Assembly (NCBI GenBank): GCA_012295275.1
Contig: CM022673.1
Span: 14,384,001 to 14,448,000 of the forward strand
Origin: Chrysomallon squamiferum
Lineage: Eukaryota > Animalia > Mollusca
Reading direction: 5' to 3'
DNA: 64,000 nucleotides
The notes below the pieces were generated by a model. The model saw nothing but the letters and a program-made list of their open reading frames with translations. It made no database searches and had not been told where the DNA came from. Below, piece after piece: positions 27,595-39,617 of this stretch. Each line of letters starts with the position of its first letter. Positions within the stretch are counted from its first letter, which is position 1. Made by a program: the position numbers and the translations under genes.

Positions 27595-30363
27595 TCAACG
27601 TGGCGGGGGTGGGGGCGGAGCTCTTCTCTGGCTATCTGAAAAGAAACCAAATAAATAACTGTTATGATGAAATTACAGGAAAAGAAATCAGATGAATAAC
27701 TTGAGATGAAAAATAAACAAGTCAAAAGAAAAGTAAAATGTTAGCAAAAACTCTGTTAATAATAGTAAATATTCGTGACTGAGAGGAAATTTTTATTAGA
27801 AAATAAAAGAATGAAAGTGATATAATGAAAAAAAGAAAAAAAAAACCTAATATATTACTGTAAGAAAAACATAGCTGAAATAAAAATACAAAATCAGAAG
27901 AGTTAAGATAACTATATACCTGTGTGGCGAGGGCTTTTGCTGGGGTAAACTTTGCTAGTGTTGCTGAATGGTTCTGGCGGAGGAATGTCAGATATTTTAT
28001 GGAACTTAAATCGATTTTCAAACTCTGAAAAACAATACAAAGAGACGGTAAAACTACTGACCTACACATATAACCATTCAACAAAGACCACAGATTTTGT
28101 GACAGAGTAATGTGTGTACTCACTGCAACACGAAGGTTGTGTTTTCTTATTAACACACTTTTTATGTAACTATTTAGTTCTTTTGTTTCGTTTCTTATAA
28201 CACCCAACACTCTAGTGAGCAGTTTAGTATCAATATAAATAAACAAGACCTGATTTACGAATCTGATTTTACACACTGTTTAAGAGGTTTAAATATTTAA
28301 GAAAACAAACAGGAAAAACAGATACAATGCCTGGAGATGAATATACATTAACCACACATCTGTTTACTTAAACTAATAGTTTACAAACAGAAAGTTAGAT
28401 CATTTCTTGTTACTATGTTCATCAGTTAATTATTTTTATAATATTCTTATAACAAATCTTTGTTAATAATGTAGTATTTGTTTTTCATGCCTTCAGCACA
28501 GCAAATACTCTGACCAATAAAAATGTAAATATAAAATGTAACTTGTAAAAAAATGTAAGTTTAAAATAAACTATATTTTACCATTATCTCCTGAGCCACT
28601 TGAACTGTGTCGTAATTTGTTAGGGGGTAGTGTGCTGGGGGGAGGGGGTGCACTTCGTCCAATAGTTCCAGTGTTCTGATGGGGTGGTGGTGGGGGAGGC
28701 ATGTCTCGTCTACTGGGAGGAGCAGGAGGTCTGCTACTAGGAGGCCCTGCCCTTCCTACAGTCCCCCCACCCTGAGCAGAAGTGGTCCTCAATGGGGGTG
28801 GGGGTGGGTTCCCTGGACGACTTGGAGGAGGGGGCACCACTGGCCTTCCACCTGAATATGAAGGAGCTGTATTTGATGGCTGACTTGCAGTACTCCTTGA
28901 GGGTGGGGGAGGGGGAACAGCATTTGTAGGGGCTGGAGGTACAGCATTTCCAGGTGGAGGTGGCAATGGCCGACCCACCATACTTGATGGTCTGTTACTG
29001 GAAGACGAGGGGGGGCGTGGAGGAGGCGGCGGCTGTCCCCGGGGCTGGTTCCTCATTGAAACACTGCTCGAAGGCTCACTGCTGGAGTTGTTGTTGTTGT
29101 TCCTGTTAAAGTTTTCTGTTCTTTGAGCAACTGTTCCAAACTTGGGCTTGTTTAAACTGGGGGGAACTTTAGGAGGAGTATTCAGCCGTGGCTTATTGTC
29201 ACTAGGGGGCACTGCTGGTGGCTCTAGCTTAGGCTTCTGATCATTTGGGGGAGGAGCAGGGTGGAAATGAATTTGCTACTGATCCATTGCTGATTTTAGA
29301 GCTGTCTGTTGTATCATGATGAACTGGTCCATTAGACATTCCTCGACCAGGACCAGGTGGACGGATAGCACTCATCGACCCTGCAGCTGTAAAATAACAT
29401 CATCATCAGTATCATCATCATTCTTATAAAATATCTCAAACCATCAGTTTTATCATCATTCTTATAAAATTTCTCAAATCATTGATATCATCATTATTGT
29501 ATATATAAAGTATATTCAGTAAACATATACAATTAAATTTATTTATCATTGTTTAAAAGTAGCTTGCAAGCTGGAAAAGAGTGGGCACCCCTGTTGCAAG
29601 AAATCTCAAACTACTGAAATAACTGTATAATCTAGAAAATAGAAGCAACTATCTTAAACATTTTGTCATTAGTTTATATAAACTACAGTTTATTGCCATC
29701 GTTCAGCTGTTGTCTTTTTTCTTCAAATCCTGCATAATAGTCATGTATTGGAATCCAGAAACTTCTAAGTGAAAAATTCTCTATTATAAACAATTTAGAA
29801 CAAAACTGAAGTAAAAATAGTAATATGTGAAATCTGACATAACTGATATAAAATGAAAAACACTAAAATCATAAACTGCAATCTATAATAACTATGCTAT
29901 TATAAATAACATAAAACAAACCGAAATACTAGTACAATGATTTCAATTGAACACCGAGGATATCTGGATGTGTTAGCTTTAAATAAGTAAATCTACAAAC
30001 CACACATTTAACTCTGTACAAACCTTTTGGTCCTCCTCCAGTTCTACCCCCTCTGTTGGGGAGTCGTGGAATTCCTCCTGCAAACAATCCCCCAATCCCT
30101 CCTGCAGGAGGGCCTGCAGGGGCATCACCACCTCCAGAACTGGAACTACGATTTGTGTTGCCTTTAAATAGAACAAATATATACATTTCTTAATTGTTGA
30201 ATAGATTATTGTGTTAGGCTCTTACAAATATTAAGATATTTTATGTAATGGTTTTATCATTATTACGTAGAAAAGTTGGTTAAAAGTAAATTTAAAATGA
30301 AATAAACAACAAAACTACTTTGTGGTTCTCAATTTTTATCTACGGACATAAAAAGGAGTTTAT

Positions 30364-30411
<48 letters not shown>

Positions 30412-33400
30412 GAGAGAGAGAGAATCACTAAAAAATAAATAAATTTGTCTTTATTTATTACTCAAACCAATAATATTTTCTGTTTTACAAAATGTCTTAC
30501 CATCACAACAAGTTAGTATTAACGATTCAACATACTAAAATGTTTGTTTTGCTCTTTAGATAAATCTCCACAGCATATTCATAGGTTAGCTCATACATCA
30601 TCAAGTTATATAAGGACATTGAAAATTTACTTAAAAACTAAAAGATAAATAAATATAATTAATTTAAAACAGATTTTACATTTTACCATTTGTTACATTT
30701 TAAGTATTTGCTAATTAGTGTGGTAATGATTTTGTTGCATTAGTGAAAAAAAAACCCCAGCATACTCATAGGTTAGCTCATTCATCATCAAGTTGTATAA
30801 GAACTTTTTAAAATTTTCTTATCTTGAAAACATCTTACTATTTGTTACATTTTAGGTATTTGTTAGTTAGTGTGCTCGTGATTTTACTGCATTAGTGAAA
30901 AAAAGAGAAAAACCAACAAAATTATTAAAAATTAAACAAATAATAATTTAAAAAAATAAAGAATAAAAAATAATTAATAAAACCCTAGTACTTCTTATCA
31001 AAATAATTTTTGTGTTTTCAAAACATTCATAATTCTTAACTTTTATGTTTTATAATAAAGTGTCTAAATATGTTGATTTTTAGTATACCAGTCGCCATAA
31101 TGAATAATAAAACAAAAACAAACCAGACACACAACTGATTACTCTATATACAAAATAAGCAACATTTAGCAACATTGGAGGGGTTTGCAGATAATATTTT
31201 GTACTTACCATAGTAGTAGAATGGACTACCTATTTGATCAGAAACTATTCCTGGACTAAGAATATTACTAAACATGTTCATCACTGCCACATACACAACT
31301 GTATCATCATGGACTAATGTAGGAAGGGATTAGGATAAGCTTATTAAAAAGACGCAGAGAATTATAAACAGGTAAGATATTTCAATTGTTTAGTGTGGTC
31401 AGAATTATTTTAAATTTAATTTTAAATTAAAATACTCTGATAATTTAATTAAAACAAACGACACACACCTAAGACACAGACTTATGTGTGACCATTCAAC
31501 AGAAAGAATTAAAAAAAATAAAAAATAAAAATAATAATAATAAAGTGAAAAATAAATAAATAAATAAATAAAAAAATTAAATTTTAAAAAACCCCAATAA
31601 ATTTCTAAATATTAATTCAAATCAAATTCATAAACACTCAGATACCACGTTTAAAATTTAATATAAAAACAAAAATAACAAAAAATATTAAGGTAAACTT
31701 TCATTAAATAATGATGATTGAAATTAAAACATATTGTGGAAGTGATGATTTAATAAATGTAACAATAAAAATAGGTCAGACACAAAAGAGGTTTAATTCC
31801 TTGTCACCAGGAAGTCACATTTTATAATTTAAAGAGCAGTTTATATTTCCACACTGTCAACTTCTGCATACGCTGTCATAAACAGATAGCACACTTATCA
31901 TCACCCAAACTGTTACTCAAGTTTTTAACTGTTATCTTTATTAAACAGTTTTAGCTTGATATCTGTATAAAAGTTATCAAGATATTCAAAATAAACAGGT
32001 TCTCTATTACAAACAGTCTAGAGGATACTTAACAAAAGTTAAAGAAATAAACCTGAATGTTAACTTATTTAAGGTTCTGTTTTGCTATTAGCAGAGTAGC
32101 AGCACAACACTGATACATATACTAGCTAAAGCATCATCTAACAGCAAGCAATAAAAGATAATGTAATCTATTAGCTCTAGCACTGACAGTAAAAACATCA
32201 ATATATGTTATGTTAAGCATACAAAGTATTAGATCTAGTACCAGTTCAAACTGTGATAGATGATATAGTATTAGCTCCAGTATAACTGTGATAGATGATA
32301 TAGTATTAGCTCCAGTATAAGCTGTGATAGATGATACAAAGTATTAGTTCTGGCACCAGTGGAAACTGTGATAGATGATACAAAGTATTAGCTCTGGCAC
32401 CAGTAGAAACTGTGATAGATGATACAAAGTATTAGCTCTGGCACCAGTATAAACAGTGATACACAATACAAAGTATTAGCTCTAGTACCAGCATAAACAG
32501 TGACACATAATACAAAAGGTATTAGTAACAGGGACATGACACAAAGAATTAGCTATAGCACCACTAGTCGGGTGTAAATGTGTTGTACCGTCATCCTGTG
32601 AGCCTCTCCAGGCCTGGGGCAGATCTCGACTGTTGGGTCGGGATGGGAAGCTGGCCACTGTCTGGAATTTATTGGCTGCAGGTTTACTGCTGCCTGCTGT
32701 TAACAACACACAACATGCTACATCACAACAGCTAAAAATGTACTAAGTTATTTCTAGTGTTACTAACAGACTGACTGTTTTACTTTATTTTCAAACTAAC
32801 TTTTGCTAATAATAAATATGACAATGACATAAAAATTCTGAAGAGCTGCTTTTTCTTTCATTTTTTGTCTTACATTATCTAAGCCAATATACAGAAATGT
32901 TTTGTTCTTTTAAAAATAGAAGTCATTAGCAACGTAACTGACTGCAAAGTCAACCCATCTTCCAATCAATAAGTATTTATTTAACATTTGAATGTTCAAA
33001 GTGCTCTGAGAAAAAAAGAAAGAATAGAAACAAGCTCATCATATTATTGTCATACTTTATATATTAGGAATATTTAAAAAAATAATAATAATTAGAAAAT
33101 GTATTTAGTCTACCTGTTTATACACTATGTTAAAAAGCTAATTCAAAAACAAATTAAAACAGTAACTAAAAGCTCAAATCAAAATAGATAAATGGAACTA
33201 TAAAATCAACTAGTATTAAATGCTTAAAGTTAATTAAGAAAAGTTAAATAATCAAATTTAAAAAAAAAAAAATATGTGAACATTTTGCAAGTCATGTTGT
33301 AATATAAGCCAGTAGTATCAGATTACTGACAGTTCATGGATACAACTCGGGTAATTGCGACACAACATGCATGCTTAAAAATATTTGAGGGTATTTTGTG

Positions 33401-34022
33401 GGTGGGGATGCCAGAACTTTGTTCATTTTTAGAAGGGATATATTGTATGATCATTCTCATTTATTTTTGGTGGGGGGTTGCAGAAACACTGTTAATTTTT
33501 TTGGAGGAATAAACCACTTCACTCGCTGAATGGAATTTTCACAAAGTTCATTTCCTGTAACATCACACTCTTTATTTCACTCCACTTTAAACAGAACTCA
33601 AGTGTATTTTTGTTACATACCAACTTACAAAACAATTTGTTTTAAATTTAATGTGTACAACTGCACAACTTTGTCCAACACCAGTTCATCTGTTTTACTA
33701 TGTAATTCTGTTTCACAGTTAATCATTTAATGTCATCAATCTTCTTTTACATAAATAAACCCTAATTAAAAGTAACTTTGAAAAAGATAACATGAGAAAA
33801 AAAAAACAAAAAATATTACTAATAAAATAAGAATTATATCTTTTGAAGTGGTAGAAATTTAATTTTCAAAAGATTTTACTAAAACACAAAAAAAAATGTT
33901 TAAAAATGTGTCATGTACATGTTGTAGTATTAATTATTTAAAAAAAAAAAGGAATTTCAAGCAATCCAAGTGGTGAAAATTAGAAAAAAAAAAAAAACAA
34001 TTAAAATTCATACATAGAAAAA

Positions 34023-34076
<54 letters not shown>

Positions 34077-34403
34077 AACATACATACATATTTAACAAAT
34101 AATTAAAAAATATACAGAAAATTCATACAGATTAAAAAAGAAGTAATTAAAATACATACATATTAGAAAAATAATAACAATAATAAAAACAAACAAACAC
34201 ATACGTATTAAAAATAATAAAAACTATGTACCTGCAACAAGTGGAGCACTTCTGTCATTGGTTTGAGTTTTTTTCAACCTTGCTCCTTTGTGAATCTCTG
34301 AAAGAAGAGCACCCCTACTATTCCCTCCTTTCTTTGGTGCAGACATTGGTGCCATTGGTGGAGGGGGTGGGCCTGGCCCAGGAGGGGGTGGTGGAGGTGG
34401 CAT
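27595..34403 (-). CDS. WIPF: WAS/WASL-interacting protein (WIP/verprolin family); apparent 1-nt frameshift near 29260
   Basis: Minus-strand exons, all phase 1: 34403-34232 (MPPPPPPPG...RGALLSEIHKGARLKKTQTNDRSAP, WH2), 32696-32589 (probable cassette), 30161-30024 (GIGGLFAGGIPRL, second WH2-like), 29386-28582 (Pro-rich), 28024-27920 (EFENRFKFHKISDIPPPEPF..KVYPSK, WASP-binding motif), 27635-27595 (SQRRAPPPPPPR*). An acceptor at 34434-34435 implies an upstream non-coding exon. Confidence 0.93.
30366..30423. repeat. (GT)n(GA)n microsatellite
   Basis: Direct reading. Confidence 0.9.
30571..30904. repeat. Diverged two-copy direct duplication (~187-bp period) in a WIPF intron
   Basis: cagcata(t/c)tcataggttagctcat...tgcattagtgaaaaaa starts at 30571 and 30758. 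Confidence 0.8.
32168..32566. repeat. ~44-bp minisatellite abutting the 3' end of a WIPF exon
   Basis: About 8 units of acaaagtattagctctggcaccagtagaaactgtgatagatgat, some shortened. Confidence 0.85.
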
Positions 34404-35319
34404 AGCTATAAGGTTTTAACCGTCTGCCCTCACCTGAAGAAAAAAAAATAAAAAATACACACCATTATTTATATCACATTAAACTGTTTATTACCCAATT
34501 TACTCATTTAAAATACAATAAAACATCAGTGTAACAGATTTCAAACTATTTCACAACAAAACAAATGTGGTGTACAGAACTGCATTGTTCTTGCTTGTGT
34601 ATATTCTTTGCCAATAAAAATATAGAAAAAAAAAGGTTAATTTTGATTTGTTTGTTTTTCATATATATACACAGAGATCTATTACACTTAATTGAAAAAT
34701 ATAATTCTCATTGTACATGTGACAATACTGCTGATAAACTGTGATAACCATAACAATTTCATTTTTGCTTCTGGTACCAGCCTATTTAACTGGCTTCAGA
34801 AGTGTATCAATTTATATGTGTTATAAATAATTTCATTTTATGTTATAACCATATTATTAAGCACTGGTTCATAAAACTGAAAACTCTGATTTTTATGTGA
34901 ATTGTTTTGATATGTCTTATTGTGATTTAGAAAAACTTAACTATTGGAACTGATATTTTCTCGCTTTTACACAAGTATGACATCGAATGTTCTGTGCAAT
35001 GTTAGGTAGAATTTTTTTATCTTAAAATGAAGAATCCTCTACATACATGTAACCAACAACCACTGCATTTACTGTGATCTCTGTCACAACCAGAAAACTG
35101 TGCACTGATAAGCATTACCAGTAGTTTTGTGTTTGCATGAAAATGAAATTTTTATTTATAGGATGACTGACCCAAGCTGCCAATTCACACGTGAAGTTTT
35201 ATTTATATTAATTTTAGATCTTTGTCTACATCTGACCTGACTGTTAGAACAAGTATAATCACAAGTAATTTTAAATAACGTATAAACAAATTTCTCTTTA
35301 GATATATTATGAATATAAA

Positions 35320-35353
<34 letters not shown>

Positions 35354-36376
35354 TGCCTAAAAACCAGTGGAAATTAGACATTGTAAACTGTTCAGCAGTC
35401 TAATGTAAATATTTGAAGTACCCAGTCATGTGTGGCTTATAAAACGGTTATATATGAACTGGTGTTATATATGAACTGGTCCTCTAAAACTTTTTGAAAT
35501 ACATTTTCTATAGAAAGTGATTTTTCCTTGTACCCATTTACCACTTTATCATTTGTTGAGATATAACAGATTCTAGAATCCTTTATATTTTATAATGCCT
35601 GAGCACAATTTCTATTATATATATATAAATATAAAAAGTTAAAATGAAAATACAAAAATAAAAAAGTAAATAATAATAAAATTGTTATTAGATGGCAGTA
35701 ACATTCCCTCCTTAGTAATGAACACAAGTTTCCTGTTAATATTAAACATTGTTTCTTAAGCTGCTTTTTTATTTGACAATTGCTTAATTAACTCTTCAAA
35801 CTGTAACTGAATCAAGGTTCTGAAACAGTATCATGAACAATAAGATTAGGATCAGCTTAGATGTATTTTATAGTTTTAGAAATGTTTTACTTAATATGCC
35901 TGTATATAATTTACAAAGTTGCAATAGTAAAGTTATACAAATGGAATTCTGAGGTAAACACAAAAAGTAAAGATGTATAAATTTCCATTAAGGTTATATT
36001 AATATTCAATTAATTAAACTTCAAACGTTATTAAACTGCATGTAGTTCATATTGTTATTATATTCATTTATAACTTTAGTTTTATTTCTATTAGTTGTAC
36101 TATTTAGTTAATTAATGATTTATTATATTAATATATCTTATTTTAACTTTTTAGATAAACCTTATAAGCTAATAAATAACGTAAGCAACTTATTAAGTAA
36201 CTGACATTATCTATAATATATCTGATATATACTTGACATTTTCACTATACAGTTTGCTTTGGTGAATTCCTTTTTTCAACAATAAAAAATCATATTGAAA
36301 AATGCAGTGTATAAATAATTCAAAATAAACATCGCGTCATTTCTTCATACATAATTATAATATACTATAATAATTA

Positions 36377-36426
36377 ATATATCATGTATATGATAGTACT
36401 ATAATACTATCATATACATGATATAT
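36377..36426. repeat. Inverted repeat with perfect 22-bp arms and a 6-nt centre
   Basis: atatatcatgtatatgatagta-ctataa-tactatcatatacatgatatat. Confidence 0.9.
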
Positions 36427-36689
36427 CATAGACAAGATACGACATTGTAACACCTATAACTTATATAAGCTGTATTCATCATTTCGTGATAATATTTTCA
36501 TTAATACTCGATCCTAGTTATATTTACATAACCTGTTTATGAGTATAACTAATAGCTACAGTTAGCAGATTTTCATTTCATGAAAAAAACATGAAAATAT
36601 TTTCACTATTACATTTTAAAGATGATACAAAGTTGCTGGGGGTGTTTTCTTGATCAGTTTTGTTAGTAACAATTTTCTACTTGACCCAG

Positions 36690-37098
36690 TCACCTTCCGT
36701 TTACTTGACAAGTACTGTACTCATACACTACCTCGTGTCTAAATCACTAGAAGACCGATTTTATTCCGTTTGTTTATCATTAACCATGGTGTGAGTAAAA
36801 TCGTCAAATCTGTCACAAACACACGATGTAAAACCACCCGGAAGAGACTTTAGAACTCTGCTTCATCAAGGAACTAATTTTGTCACCCAAGATGGCCGAC
36901 TTTCCTTTTGGCATGCGCATTTACGACAGCCTTATTTACCAAGACCCGAAAGAAGCTATTTATTTGGTGAATATACACGTTTAGATAATGAAGAGTTGTG
37001 TATAATCGAAACTCCTCAATGGCTGCGTAAGGCAACAGGGAAATTGTCTGCTACAGGCAACCTATTCATTATTTGCAGCAGGAACTGACCAAATTAAA
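36690..37098. promoter_or_regulatory. Probable bidirectional promoter shared by WIPF (-) and the acid phosphatase (+)
   Basis: CpG-richer patch between divergent genes. CCGGAAG (ETS-like) 36838-36844, CAAGATGGCCGAC (YY1-like) 36888-36900, GCATGCGCA (NRF1-like) 36911-36919. Candidate minus-strand donor AAG|GTGACT near 36693. Confidence 0.6.
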
Positions 37099-39563
37099 AT
37101 GCTGAAACATTTTTGTTTAATAGCATATATATTCCACCTCTTCTTAATATCAAATATATCATCAACTTTACAATTAGTAAATCTGGTGTGTATAAAATTC
37201 ATTTATTTTATAATAAAATTATAAACTTAAGATTCAGTCACACTCAATCACATGATGATCATCATGTGACTGAACATGAATCTTAAGTTTATTGATGTTT
37301 ATTATTGCAATTATTTAATTGATAACCAATCTTTTTATTATGCATTCTTTTTCTTATACTTAATTAAAACTGATATATTTTCTTAATTCAGTGATTCACA
37401 AAACTAGTATAAAGTATTACATTTCAAATATGTTTCTTGGAAATACATTTTGTTACATATATTTTTCTTTCATATTTCTTTCCATTTCTTTTATAAATAT
37501 TTTGTCATATATATATTTAGGTATACCGGCATGGAGACAGGGTTCCAGCAGTCATTTATCCACTAGACATGCATCAGGTAAATAATACAGAAGATTGGTC
37601 ACAGGGACTTGGCTGGTTGACTAAGGTAAGTAGACTAAATTATCTTAATTTCTGACACATTAACATGTATGATCCATTTTTTTAAAATTAAAATATAACA
37701 GGTATTATGATCACTATTTCACACAGCATTAATATCTAGATCACAAAACTATCATATGATTGATTTTAAATACTGTGTAATTTGTGTCACTAAATAGATG
37801 GTGGGTGTTGGTTGTCACATGGTTGTCATTTATGGGTTTCCTTTCTATACTGTACTTTTAATTTATGAAGATACATGTATTCTAAGTCAGTGGTGGATAT
37901 TTAGAGATGATTATTATAAAATTAAATTTGTAAATGAATGCACATGTAAATATGTTTGTTATTTCAGTTAGGAATACAAGAACATTTTGCCTTTGGCAAG
38001 TTTTTAAGAAGACGATATGACAGCTTTATTACCAAGAAGTATATAAGTACTGAGGTAATGATCCAGTAGCACTATCACTTAAGTAAATTACTGCTGCTGT
38101 TAATTATAAATATGTGACAAGAGTTGGTAGCAGATTTTATGTGGACAAGCCAAAGTGACCAGCACTTGTAGAAAAACATTTTCAACCATACTTCATTACA
38201 CATTACACTGAAGTATATACTATTGCACCAGCCAGATTAAAAATCTGGAATTTTATAAATTTCTACATAAATGTATACACACAGAAACAAAGAGTAGTTG
38301 TGTAATTGTTTGTCTTTAGATATTATTTTGCAGTTTAGATAAGTGTTGATGTACACACCTTAATGAGCTGATGATCAGTTACTGCTTTCATTTGTTTTTG
38401 TCTTGCTTTGTTTGTTTATTAGATAAATGTTGAGAGTTCATCAGTTTCTCGGTGTCTGATGTCTGCATACAGCAACCTGGCGGGGTTGTTTCCGCCTGTC
38501 CCCAGTCAGAAGTGGAATCCAGACATTGACTGGCAGCCTATTCCTGTTTCTATGATATCAGATAGTGATGACAATGTTAGTATATCTCTCGAAACCCAGT
38601 TGTACTCAGCATTTTGCTCTAACAAGTCCATTGTGTTTTTTAAGTGAAATTCAAAAACGGATCATAGATTAATTAAACCATTTTTGTGCCATTTTGTTTC
38701 AATGTCTTCACCATCTCTGAGGCAGCTTCATAATTTCATCCTCCCAGAACTTGGCACCTTTCTGTGTTATGGTCTAAATGTGACAAACTTGTATTCTATC
38801 AAAATATGTACAGTGTGAATATACTGCAATAACTTGTGACATTTTAACTGGTTTCAACTTACCTTAACTTAAAATTTATATTATTTAAATAAACTAAAAT
38901 TAAATAGAATTTCTGCATTAATTTCATAATAATTCATGTAGTGATATGTTTCAGCAGAAATAATTACATCCAATCTGTGTTAGTGATAAAATGACTGAAG
39001 TTGAACACATATGCTGTAGCCTTGGTTGTTTTTGTTTTGATAAAATGTGTTTTATTTGAAATGCACAGATTTTTCTAAACCAATTTTTTTCTGTAATATT
39101 ATGGTCAGACAGAAATTATAAATCTGTTTATTTTTATTTTCAGAAACTGCATTTATCTAAAGATTGTCCAAGATACAGTCAGCTGTATTCAGACTTGCTA
39201 CAGTCTGAAATGGTGCAGAAAGAAGAAATGAAGAATAAGGTTCATTTGTGTTGTTATTCTTTTTATTCATTAGAGATTTAAATAAAAAAATTTTTTTTTT
39301 TTTTTGTTAATGGAGATTTAAATTTTTTTCAATGTTTTTTTTATGATAAAATGTTAAGATATATTAAACAGTAAATTCTTTTTTATTTTTATATTTTATA
39401 TATTTATACATATATATATAAATAAATAAATAAACAAAGAAATTTTACAAATAATTGTCCTCACTGATTTTTTATAAAAACGTGTTAGAAATCAGTATTT
39501 AGATATGTAGCTTTAGTGTGTGTGTGTGTCTGTGTATCTATCTATCTATATCTATCTATCTAC

Positions 39564-39617
<54 letters not shown>

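Noticed and set aside
27381-28276. 114-aa and 184-aa minus-strand ORFs
   Set aside because: They overlap true WIPF exons in the wrong frame plus intron or UTR sequence.
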